Shown here in pieces: positions 31,001 through 40,161 of a DNA stretch of 64,000 nt (the first letter of the stretch is position 1; every line of letters starts with the position of its first letter). The DNA comes from Trypanosoma brucei (lineage: Eukaryota). The notes under the pieces were generated by a model. It ran no database searches. It was not told the DNA's origin and was given only the letters and a program-made list of their open reading frames with translations. The stretch is taken from assembly GCA_000002445.1 (NCBI GenBank), contig CM000208.1, positions 2,656,001-2,720,000 of the forward strand, read 5' to 3'. The translations under genes and the position numbers were made by a program.

Positions 31001-33135
31001 GAGTGTGGGGGCAAAAGCGGTGTCAGAGGAATGACATGCTACACCCAAAGCAACGGTTTTACTCCCCGAGTAGCAAAAGTGTGTTTGAGGGGGTGGTTCA
31101 ACCTCTGGGTCATTCTTGTGTTTTTTCTTATTTGGTCTCATGGTGAAGTTTTGGTGTTTTTGTGGTTGCTTGATCATGTGCGACTACCGCTTATAATCAA
31201 TCAGACATTGTATCGGAAAAATATCACATTTCCCGTACTCTTCCAAAGATTTACTTTCCCTGCCGACGATCCTTGCATTTCATGGAGCCGGCCAGCACAA
31301 TATATCTCAAATGTCTTGGAACGCACGCCAACACCATTCTCTATTTTTTTTCCCACCAAAACGCGGCCTTGCGAGGCCGCTATTTTCCCCAGCCGGCTTT
31401 ATTTACCCTACTCAACTGCGTAGATGGTTGTGTTCTTTCCACGGTAAAAAGCGAGATCGAGCGGGAGAATGCTTTTTGCGCGTGTATACAGGCACGCATT
31501 TGCTTATTTTCTTAATGTTCGGACATATTTTAAATTCAGTGCTAATTAAATATACAACGCTTTCCCCTGTTCATTTTCCCGCTACCCAATGTTCTTGTTT
31601 CGTCTACCCTCGAGGAAAAGGATGTTTCCCCCCTCTAGTCCACACATGTCAAGACCAGGTTCTCCAGCGGGGGGATGTCACCCACGTTCTACCAAGTTCC
31701 TTCAACAATCAAATCAGGATTCTGCTTAACATTTCCGCTGTACACTCGGAGGGGGTGGAACACATCGTTCCGTAGTGCACAGCGCAGGGTTTGGCACAGT
31801 CGGGAGTATTTTTCATCGAAGGTATGGAAAGGCTTCGTGCCTCTGACGTGGTCCCTGAAAGACCATCGCTAACACCACCTCGGTATCAGAGGGGATGTGC
31901 TGAGGTTTAGTTCTTCATCCGTGCAGTGCCGAAAGGCCCCTATGGTCGCACGGTGATTCTCTTCGCAGTAGCGCTCACTACTAGTCGGAGTGTCCCCGAA
32001 CTTCTAGATGTCACCATGGGCCATTCCCCACTTTGTCAGGGTATTGGGGGTCAGCATATTAATACGAAACGTATTAGCGCCCGTTGCAAGAACACTCCGC
32101 TCGCGAAACAGGTGGAGGAATAATGGGTTTAGCACTCCGTCCATCCGCAGACCCCTGTTGGGTTTAATGCGCCACACGCGTCTTGATCAAACGCTTCAGA
32201 GCCCCGAGTGTTTACATCGCAACCTGTTCGTTTTCGGGCGTTTGTGGTGATGGCAAAAATTGAGGTCGTTGCAACCAAGTGCTTCGAAAGGGTCCTGAAC
32301 TTTAGAGTCGCTGCTGGCTGTTGGCGGCGTTCCCAGCGGGTTGGCCGTCGGAAACTCTTTCGCTACCGGCGGGAAAGGTGTAAAAAGAGAAGTTAGAGAG
32401 GAAGTGCGTGGTGCTCGTCCCACGGTCGCTGGCAACCCTGTAAGTTTTGTGAGCTGAGTGCTACTTGATGGTTGCCCGTTTCCTCTGGACCTTTCCTTAC
32501 GCCTCCGTAAAGCATCCGCACATCGGTTGCGTCTCGGTTGTTTTCCCCAGAAGTGGGACGGACCCTCGGGTGTCGTTCGTCTTCGGGAGGCATGCGGGGG
32601 GTGAGCCGCTGGGCGGCTGGTGGGGGGTGTCGGGGTTCGCGGCCGGTGCCTCTCCTCCCGGGCGTGAGGTTCTTGAGTTTTCGACTACGGTTTCGACTTA
32701 CCTCGTTTGTTTGTGCAGCGTCCGGGGTCTGGGGGATCGGGCGTATTTCCGGTTCCGGTGGGTTTCATATCCTTGTAAAGGGAAACGGTATTGGCCTTCC
32801 GTGGGCAGCCCGTGGCCTGAAGCACCGCTTTCCACTATCTGGAGCTGTTGCGCCCCCACCGTGCCACGTCCCTTGACACCTGTTGTGCATGATCGCCAGC
32901 TGCTTTGTTAGGCATTCGTTCTTCTGGCTTGCGGTCCGTTGATCGCCCCCTCTTCACCAGCGTCATGCGTGTCCGCATTTATTTATACGTATATACATAT
33001 GCTTGTGTGTATGGGCTCCTCTTTTTCCCCTCCCCTTTGTGATATGCATGTGTTCGTATGCGTGTGTATGCACCCCTGATGGTATTTCTTTGAGTCTCTC
33101 ACGCACAATTTGAAGCCCAAAGACAGTTATGGTAG
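28095..33135. promoter_or_regulatory. Divergent strand-switch region between the opposed gene blocks; probable bidirectional RNA Pol II transcription initiation zone
   Basis: Minus-strand genes end their run at 28094 and plus-strand genes begin at 33136. The 5 kb between has no ORF over 155 aa. The left flank (28.5–29.4 kb) is A+C-rich on the plus strand, so G+T-rich on the minus strand. The right flank (32.4–32.9 kb) is G-rich on the plus strand. Each GT/G-rich tract therefore lies on the coding strand of the block it faces. Confidence 0.55.
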
Positions 33136-34437
33136 ATGCAACGGTATGGTTCCCTGAAGCCGTCTTTACCGCTGCTGTGCCAGGCCACTTGCGCATGGCA
33201 CGCGGCTCTTCAACACTACTGGCGGGCACTGGTTGAATGTGGATCCTCCCTCACACTGGAGCATTCTCAAAGGATAGGATTGTTATATTTAAAGCATGGT
33301 AAACAAAGCCAACTCTACTACTGGACGAAGCTTTTTAGCTCGGAAGGTGTGCCCGCTTGCGCTCTTTTGTTGAAAGCCCTTGTTAGACAAGATATGTGGC
33401 GGTGCGCTATTGGCCTTTGGGTGTGGAATCCAAGTGGGACTCTCTGTGACTCTCTGGTGGGTGAGTTGATGGCGGAATCAATGTGGAAACAGTCTCTGCA
33501 AGTGGTAAATCACCTTTTGAACATTAGGAAGCTGAGTTGTGGGGATGCGATATCTATCGACGACCACGTTGGAGAACCTGATGGAACCACTGAAAGGTTC
33601 GTAGTCGGTCCTAGCGACACTATGCGGGTGGCATACGACCCAACTTTTGTGCCGGTGGAGGAATGTGGGATGTCCAGTGGATTATGCCACCTCATTACCA
33701 GTTTGTACCCTACTAGGTCTCAGTGGCATCAGGCTGTTTGCCTCCTGGTGCAGCTTAGTGAAAGCGGGACTTCGGCAGACACAGCAAAAGAATTATTGGA
33801 ACTCGCTGCTGCCAGGTCGGCCTATCAAGGGCGACGATTTGAAGATGTATTTAAATGGTCTTTAAGATGTCGATATGTTCATACTTCCTGTTCGCTGCAG
33901 CGCACCCTTTTGCGTGCGGCGATCGCTGTGTCCTGTTGGGAGGAAGCATTTGCAACGTTGGACAAACTGGTTATGCGTCGGGTGGAGGAAGTTCCTGTGA
34001 TTACCCTGTGTGAGCTTTGCAGGGGTTTTATGAAAGAGTACGGGCAGGGAAAACATGTAAACCTATTGGATAAATTTTCTACTATCATAATGAAGTGTTG
34101 GGAGCTTTTCCGTACCGAAATGAAGTTGGAGATTAAGAGTTTTTTTGAGTTTAACGCCGTTGACACAGGTGCGTTGGAGGTTGATTCGTTTAGTAATGAG
34201 TTCGTTGTTTCTGGGGCGGATGGGAAATCACTTTGTGGGAGCCGATACCCCATAAGTGTGACTGACATGGATAAGCTAACTAGTTTGTTGTTAAATAAGG
34301 GACATTGGAAGGCGGCGCTGCACCTGTTAAGTAAGTTTAGTGAATCTGAATGGTCAAACGAGAGAGAAAAAGTGATCGTCAATGCCGCACGAGCCTCGAT
34401 GAGGTGTTGGGAGACTGCACTGTTATTTGTCAGCTAG
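33136..34437 (+). CDS. Hypothetical protein (433 aa), helical-repeat-like
   Basis: First long ORF of the plus-strand block. No family recognised. Confidence 0.5.
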   Translation: MQRYGSLKPSLPLLCQATCAWHAALQHYWRALVECGSSLTLEHSQRIGLLYLKHGKQSQLYYWTKLFSSEGVPACALLLKALVRQDMWRCAIGLWVWNPSGTLCDSLVGELMAESMWKQSLQVVNHLLNIRKLSCGDAISIDDHVGEPDGTTERFVVGPSDTMRVAYDPTFVPVEECGMSSGLCHLITSLYPTRSQWHQAVCLLVQLSESGTSADTAKELLELAAARSAYQGRRFEDVFKWSLRCRYVHTSCSLQRTLLRAAIAVSCWEEAFATLDKLVMRRVEEVPVITLCELCRGFMKEYGQGKHVNLLDKFSTIIMKCWELFRTEMKLEIKSFFEFNAVDTGALEVDSFSNEFVVSGADGKSLCGSRYPISVTDMDKLTSLLLNKGHWKAALHLLSKFSESEWSNEREKVIVNAARASMRCWETALLFVS

Positions 34438-34535
34438 GTTTGCTGTTATCGTAATTAATGTTACTAATAATATTACACTTAGTGTTACAGCTATCACATG
34501 CACGTATGTACTCGACAGCATCGCTGCACCTATTA

Positions 34536-34540
<5 letters not shown>

Positions 34541-34568
<28 letters not shown>
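34541..34568. repeat. (TA)14 microsatellite in the 3' flank of the 33136–34437 gene
   Basis: tatatatatatatatatatatatatata is seen directly. Confidence 0.9.
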
Positions 34569-34574
<6 letters not shown>

Positions 34575-35566
34575 TTTACATGCATACATATTTTCAAATT
34601 CGCTCCCTTTCGATACGACATCATGAATATTTCCGCGGCGTTTCATCCAGATGTTGAAGACATTTTCAAAACTTTTACCATTTTCCTTCGTGTACTTCTA
34701 TCAATGCGATCTAATTTAACTGTCTATTGGTTTTCCCTCTATGCTAGCATACCGAGGAAGGCATCCGGTGAGTGAAACAGCTAAATAATTCTAAGACAAC
34801 AAGTGTTATATTCTTTAAGGGGGTGGAGAACGTTACTCAAGCAAATTTAATGTCTCACTACCTTTTGGTCACTTTCACGTTCAACTGTCCTGAGATACGT
34901 ATTTTGGGCCCCATCAAGGAACAAACAATTGAAAAGCTGAATGATGTGATCCCCAACGCTACCACGACGTCGAGGAGCAACAGAACTGCATTGCCCAAGT
35001 TTGAGTACCTTCCCAACCCCAACCACTGGTACATTAAGCTTGACAGACAGTTTTGCGACGAGGATGGAAAGTCCCACCTGATGGTCCTTTTGTTGGATGC
35101 ACTTTCAGAGGAAGGGTCGTGGCGATTGGTTTCGTCATTTGTTACGAAGGAACCCAGTGGAACTGGTTCTAAGGAAGGCACAGAAACGCATACGCTGTTT
35201 CTAAATAAACTTCTTGCTGAGGATAGCTGATATTTTGCTCCTTTCGCTCCCCTATTTTTTACTCAAAGAAAATACGAGTCAAAAATGATGAAAGGGGAAA
35301 GGAAAAGCAACAAAGAGATTGAAGAAAAGTCAATGTATTTATACATGTTATGTGGGATATTATATGGTAGGGAAGTGATGTATTGAGGACGCTTTTTTTT
35401 TCTTTGTTTTAATGAGGAGCTAAAAAGATAGAGAGAAAAGAAAAAAAGGAGGAATTGCCTTCGTTAGCTCAATTGGGCATGATTTATGTTCCCATTTAGT
35501 TGACATAAATTTGCACCTTATTTCTTACCACCGGGAGGCGAGTGAGGATGCGAGGGACATGAATGG

Positions 35567-35620
35567 TTTTCTTCTTTTTCCTTTTCTTAACTGCGCCTTT
35601 TCTTGCTTTTCGTCTTATTG
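35567..35620 (+). promoter_or_regulatory. Polypyrimidine tract with downstream AG dinucleotide: candidate trans-splicing signal for the IFT57 gene
   Basis: The sequence ttttcttctttttccttttcttaactgcgccttttcttgcttttcgtcttattgg, followed by ...aaatag, lies about 30–80 nt upstream of the ORF. Confidence 0.45.
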
Positions 35621-35646
35621 GCGTGCGTCAGTCTGAAAATAGTTAG

Positions 35647-36912
35647 GTGGGTAAAAACATTAATAAAAAAATGAGCGAAGAGACACAACCCCAATCTACA
35701 GAACCTAAAGGTTCTGGAAGTGGTGTCATCATTGATGATGGTACAATGGATGATCTGATCGATAAACTCAGGATTTTACGATATGAAACCGAATTTTGTC
35801 CCCGTGTCAAGCCCCCATTCAAACCCTTGAGCAAGTATTACTTTTCGGGACCCTCTACCATTGATAACCCTAACGCCCAGTTCTACTATTTCACGTCTCT
35901 GTGCTCCTGGTTAATGGGTTTATCCGGTCGTAATTTTGAACCTCCGGGGCAGTTTGACGATCCGAATGCTACGGCTACCAATATATTAATGGAGTTACGT
36001 GGGATGAACATAACAGCACCTAACCTTGCGCCTAATCGGTTGCGCCAAGCAAGTGGTGAAGCAGTTCTGACTGTGCTTTCGCTTCTCGCTGATCACGCTA
36101 TCCTCAGTAAAGGTTTAAGCATTCGTGCTATTGACTACAGTAATATTGAAAAGTTCGATGAGTTGGAAGGGGCCACGGATGGTGACGAGAATTATGGAAT
36201 TGGTGATGAGGTGGAGGATAATGTGATGATCGATAGCGACGATGACGATGAGTTATACGTTCGTGCTGTTGGGGGGAAGTCAGGGAAAGAAGACACAGGG
36301 ATACCTGTGGAGTCAGAAATTAATGCAGATGAATGGAATCTGGAAGTGGAGCGCGTTGGACCTTTGCTTCATGTAAAGTCAGAGGCGATACAAGATTGGC
36401 GCTCTCGCATTGAAAACGCCGCAATTCTTTTGAAAGCTGTTGAGAAAATGTATCCAGAGGTAAGGCAAATGCTTCAGAGGATGAGTGATGATTTAGAGAA
36501 ATCCAAAGACCGCATTCAGAAACGTGAGCAGACGCTCGCTCAGCAGTTTTCCGATCAAGTTGAGGATTACCGTGTGAAGCTGCGGGAGCTGAACTCTTCT
36601 CAAGATGCCGCAAATATAGCAAGTCAGAGCGTTCAACAACTTTCAGCTGAGTTAAATCAAGTAAGTGGATTGCTGGACCAGGTAAAGCGGGATATCGAAG
36701 AAAGAGAGGCGAAACTATCAGATACATCTCCATTGATGCAAGTAAAGGATGCTGCTGTGAAGGTAAGGGCCGAAATCAAGCAAATGTCTTTAAGAATTGG
36801 TATTTTGCAACACACAGTCCTCCACTACGTAATGAAACAAACAAAGGCAAAACGAGAGGGTACAGCCAATACCTCTGGTGGTGATGAGTGGGAAGAAACG
36901 GATTATATGTAA
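35647..36912 (+). CDS. IFT57: Intraflagellar transport protein 57 (IFT57/HIPPI)
   Basis: N-terminal block MDDLIDKLRILRYETEF...FKPLSKYYF...QFYYFTSLCSWLMGLSGRNFEPPGQFDDPNATATNILMELR aligns closely with human IFT57 (MEDLVEKLKLLRYEDEF...PSRHYF...QFYMFCTLAAWLINKAGRPFEQPQEYDDPNATISNILSELR). DEWNLEVERVGPLLHV matches AEWSLEVERVLPQLKV. The C-terminus is coiled-coil. The true start may be Met at 35671. Confidence 0.85.
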   Translation: MGKNINKKMSEETQPQSTEPKGSGSGVIIDDGTMDDLIDKLRILRYETEFCPRVKPPFKPLSKYYFSGPSTIDNPNAQFYYFTSLCSWLMGLSGRNFEPPGQFDDPNATATNILMELRGMNITAPNLAPNRLRQASGEAVLTVLSLLADHAILSKGLSIRAIDYSNIEKFDELEGATDGDENYGIGDEVEDNVMIDSDDDDELYVRAVGGKSGKEDTGIPVESEINADEWNLEVERVGPLLHVKSEAIQDWRSRIENAAILLKAVEKMYPEVRQMLQRMSDDLEKSKDRIQKREQTLAQQFSDQVEDYRVKLRELNSSQDAANIASQSVQQLSAELNQVSGLLDQVKRDIEEREAKLSDTSPLMQVKDAAVKVRAEIKQMSLRIGILQHTVLHYVMKQTKAKREGTANTSGGDEWEETDYM

Positions 36913-37031
36913 TATACATACATATTATTGCTACCTGCTTCGAGCGGTGACGAACTGACATCAAGTTTATATGATTGGTCGTTTTGGTTGGATAGAACCG
37001 TTCCCATTTGTGGGCAAGACATTGCTTCTGC

Positions 37032-37051
37032 GGGGGGGGGGGGTGGGTGGC
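37032..37051. repeat. G11 homopolymer followed by TGGGTGGCGG (G-rich, potential G-quadruplex) in intergenic region
   Basis: cgggggggggggtgggtggcgg is seen directly. Similar G10 runs occur at 29432–29441 and 44721–44730. Confidence 0.85.
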
Positions 37052-39152
37052 GGTCAACAAACCTGGGAGGCTATTAGAGATTTGAACAAAGACACAAGGA
37101 ATAATCTGAAACGTGAGAATGTGTCCGTCATAATCATTTGTCGCTCGGGGACGCCTACCCTTTTTATGTTATTTCTTTTTCTCTGTAGCTTTTGCTTTGG
37201 TGGAAACAAAAACGCTAACACAAGATTAAGTATAAATGTACTTTTTTATCAGCTTGTAGACGTCGAATATTTCCTTGTTTTTGCTGATTTCTGTTATGGG
37301 TGCCACTATGCATCAACAACTGAGAAGGAGAGGATGCTGGACATAGTGCTGGCGGAGGAGGGCAAATACGGCAGCGACGAAAGACAGCCATATTATCGTT
37401 GTTGGGCATTTTCATTCTCCCTTGAAGCGTGGATGAGATGGTTGACGTGGCGTGTGCCGACGGTTGAAGGGAAAGTACGCTTTGGCGCATCATAAGCGAC
37501 CACAATTTGTAGGGCATGGGTCCACTTGCGTGGTGCCCCGATGAGCTTTTGCTTTATGCGTGTGAGTTTGGTGGTGCGCTTGTTGCTTGTAGATATAGCG
37601 TTTCTGTATCGGTCGAGTATTTGTGTTTGTGCGTGTAGGGGGTGTGGAGGGTGTCAGCTCCTGGCTGAAGCCAATGCTCTAAGCAACCGAACGCATGCGC
37701 ACACGCATATACACACTCAGGGATCCCTTAAAAAAAGGTATGCAGTCCGAAGGCATTGATATAGTAGACGGTGGACAGGGGGTTGGTAAACTGCAGTTCA
37801 CAAAGAAAACAACGGGGAAAATGCTTTTTATCTTGCGTATGATTCTAGAACGTGTTATTTTTCAGTGGACAAGCTGACGTAGGATCTCGGGCAGCATGTT
37901 AACGCCCGCGGGTAAATGCAATGGACAAGCGAGGAAAGTGACGATTCAAGAATGCAAGGGGATTCTGCTTAATACCCAACGGTGTCCGCGCCGGAGACTA
38001 CTTGTTTCTGACAGAGGTGCTGCTCCTTTCCTACTACAACACCAAACATCCTTAAACTCTTCAGGAAAATGCACTATTTTTGCGTGAGGCACTTATAGCC
38101 ACTTTCATAGTACATCGGTGAATGAGTGACTACATATATCTTTCGATAGTGGTGGGAAGGATTTTCTAAGCCTGTTTTTTTATTTTCGGAACTTTCATAG
38201 TTTTTCTGTTCGATCGCGACCTTTCAAGCTGGGTCAAAAACTTTACGAGTTTTTTTTCTTTTTCGTAAGAGTGACCTGTTTTTAGCGAGGAGTAAAAACG
38301 GTCATTGCGATCGTGGTTTGTGTGATATAGGAAACCCAAGACCACTGCGATATTTTAGTCACCTTTGCCGTGTTAGCGCTTCGACGGTGTGGTGCATCAC
38401 TGCCGTTGCGGCAGGTGTGAGGGTATGATTTTTTTACCTTTCAAACGATGTATGTGCGTCCTTGGTATTATGCCGCCCTTCCTACCATTTTGGTTTGGTT
38501 TCCCGTCCGTTACCGAGTAGGCGCCGGTGGTAGGTTAATGTGGTGGCAAGGAAAGACTACCCGTTACAAAAGTGTGAGTTGGTGAAGGGTAATAACACCC
38601 TGTTAAATCCATCGATGCACTCATTTCCATTAGGTGTGGTCTTTTAGAGGGGTAGGGAGAGCCTTTAAATGTTTTATTTGCTTATTTTTGTTCGTGCTCC
38701 GGCAACCAGTTTTCCGCATGTTCCTTCTGGAGGTGTTTACACGGGCCGGTAATCATGTAGCCTCTTGCGTCTGGAAAACATTTGCATGTTTGGGATTGGT
38801 TCCTGTTTTGTTTTGTTTTGTTTTGAGCTTCTTGGTCGTCCGCATTGTTGTTTGGGGTACCCGGGTGCTGTAAGTGGAGGAGTTTTGGTATTCCTTCCGT
38901 GTATGATGGGTTATATTTACCTGGGGTTTTGTGGGTGTACAGCAGTATCCCATGTCGGTGCACTGGGTATCACTGCGGTTATGCACGCCAGGGAAAGCCT
39001 TTTTCTTCTTCAGCTGGATATTTTCATAATGTGTTGCTGCGCATAAGGACTGAGCTTGGAGGAAACAAATGTTGGGTATCTGTGTATTGTGAACTTTTTT
39101 GTCTTCTGCTGTGTTCATACATCACCTGTGGTGTTCCATTAGGAGGGGTGTG

Positions 39153-39839
39153 ATGTCCAAAAAGGAAGCAATATCGACACCTCGAAAAAGCAAGAAGGCT
39201 GAAGTTGTCATTGAGGGGTGTGTGACAATCGGGTCGAAGCAATTGCTACCGTCGGCCCTGGATGAATCAAGACGTGAACAACTTTCTAAGCAGTTTGACG
39301 ATATCATCGAGGCCCATGTGGCCATAGATGGTGGGATTGCTGATCCGGTCGCTGCTAAGATAAAGGAGCTGCCTACGTTATCCGTTGGGTTCATCGCTCG
39401 AGCCATGGGGCTCAACCTGTCAAACGATCAGGTGCTTAGCTTGGTTGAGATGGTGGAGGAGAGAGACACTGTTTCCAGGGGTTGTGTGCCTGTGGGTCCA
39501 TTGAAGGAGATAATTGTGGGAGCGCTCATGAGCGGCGTAATCACCCGTCAGGATTCTGTAGCACCAACAAGTAACCGGAAGAAGCGCCACAGTGTCTCGG
39601 AAAACCGTCCCCTGATGCACGTTTCGCGCGACAGCGAAGAGCTCATATATGCAGCTTTCCGAACTCTGGACGTCGGTAATCGTGGCTACATGGAAGCTGA
39701 GGAATTGCGCCACCTCTTTCGCAGCGGCTTGGAGCCATTCACTGATGAGGAAATGGAAAATATGATCGCGGCAGCCGCCGATCCACAGAATGGTCTTATC
39801 TTCTACGAGGATTTCGTCGACGTCCTAGCCAATGAATAG
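39153..39839 (+). CDS. EF-hand-like (calmodulin-like) protein, ~228 aa
   Basis: C-terminal EF-hand-like helix-loop-helix pairs (EAEELRHLFRSGLEPFTDEEMENMIAAAADPQNGLIFYEDFVDVLANE). Start refined to MSKKEAIS at 39153. Confidence 0.5.
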   Translation: MSKKEAISTPRKSKKAEVVIEGCVTIGSKQLLPSALDESRREQLSKQFDDIIEAHVAIDGGIADPVAAKIKELPTLSVGFIARAMGLNLSNDQVLSLVEMVEERDTVSRGCVPVGPLKEIIVGALMSGVITRQDSVAPTSNRKKRHSVSENRPLMHVSRDSEELIYAAFRTLDVGNRGYMEAEELRHLFRSGLEPFTDEEMENMIAAAADPQNGLIFYEDFVDVLANE

Positions 39840-40161
39840 TTTTGTGCGTGTGCAATTCATCAACCACAATACCTGCCTCGCGTACATGTTTCTGAACGTA
39901 TCAAGTGGCTGCCTTGCTATTTTTTTTTTGTTAGAGGAGTATCCTTTTGGTGCAACCAAGGGACCAAATAGGTTGCGGCACATGCCCTCGTAAACATTTT
40001 TTTTTCTGGTCGACTGTATGTCACGAGACCCATTTGCATCACAGGTTCACTGGGCTTTTTGTGTGCCCAGTTATCTTTTTTCACATTTAGTCTTTCCCTC
40101 CTCTATTTTGTGACCTAAATAAGAAGTTACTGATTATAGGGATCTGGTAAGGGAGGGCCGT

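Noticed and set aside
31311-31775. 154-aa plus-strand ORF and neighbours (31031..32911) in the strand-switch region
   Set aside because: There are multiple overlapping frames of similar length with no motifs, in G-rich or ordinary non-coding sequence. The pattern is consistent with chance ORFs, or at most a decayed pseudogene.
28100-33100. Retrotransposon (ingi/RIME/SLACS-like) or reverse-transcriptase remnant at the strand-switch region
   Set aside because: No RT (YxDD), endonuclease or zinc-knuckle motifs were seen in any frame, and there are no target-site-duplication-like flanks. This cannot be excluded without a nucleotide search, so it is left as a check in the findings.
38600-39150. 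Multiple 80–120 aa ORFs upstream of the EF-hand gene
   Set aside because: The sequence is GT-rich/(TTTTG)n low-complexity intergenic. The translations are Cys/Leu/Phe-rich artefacts with overlapping frames.
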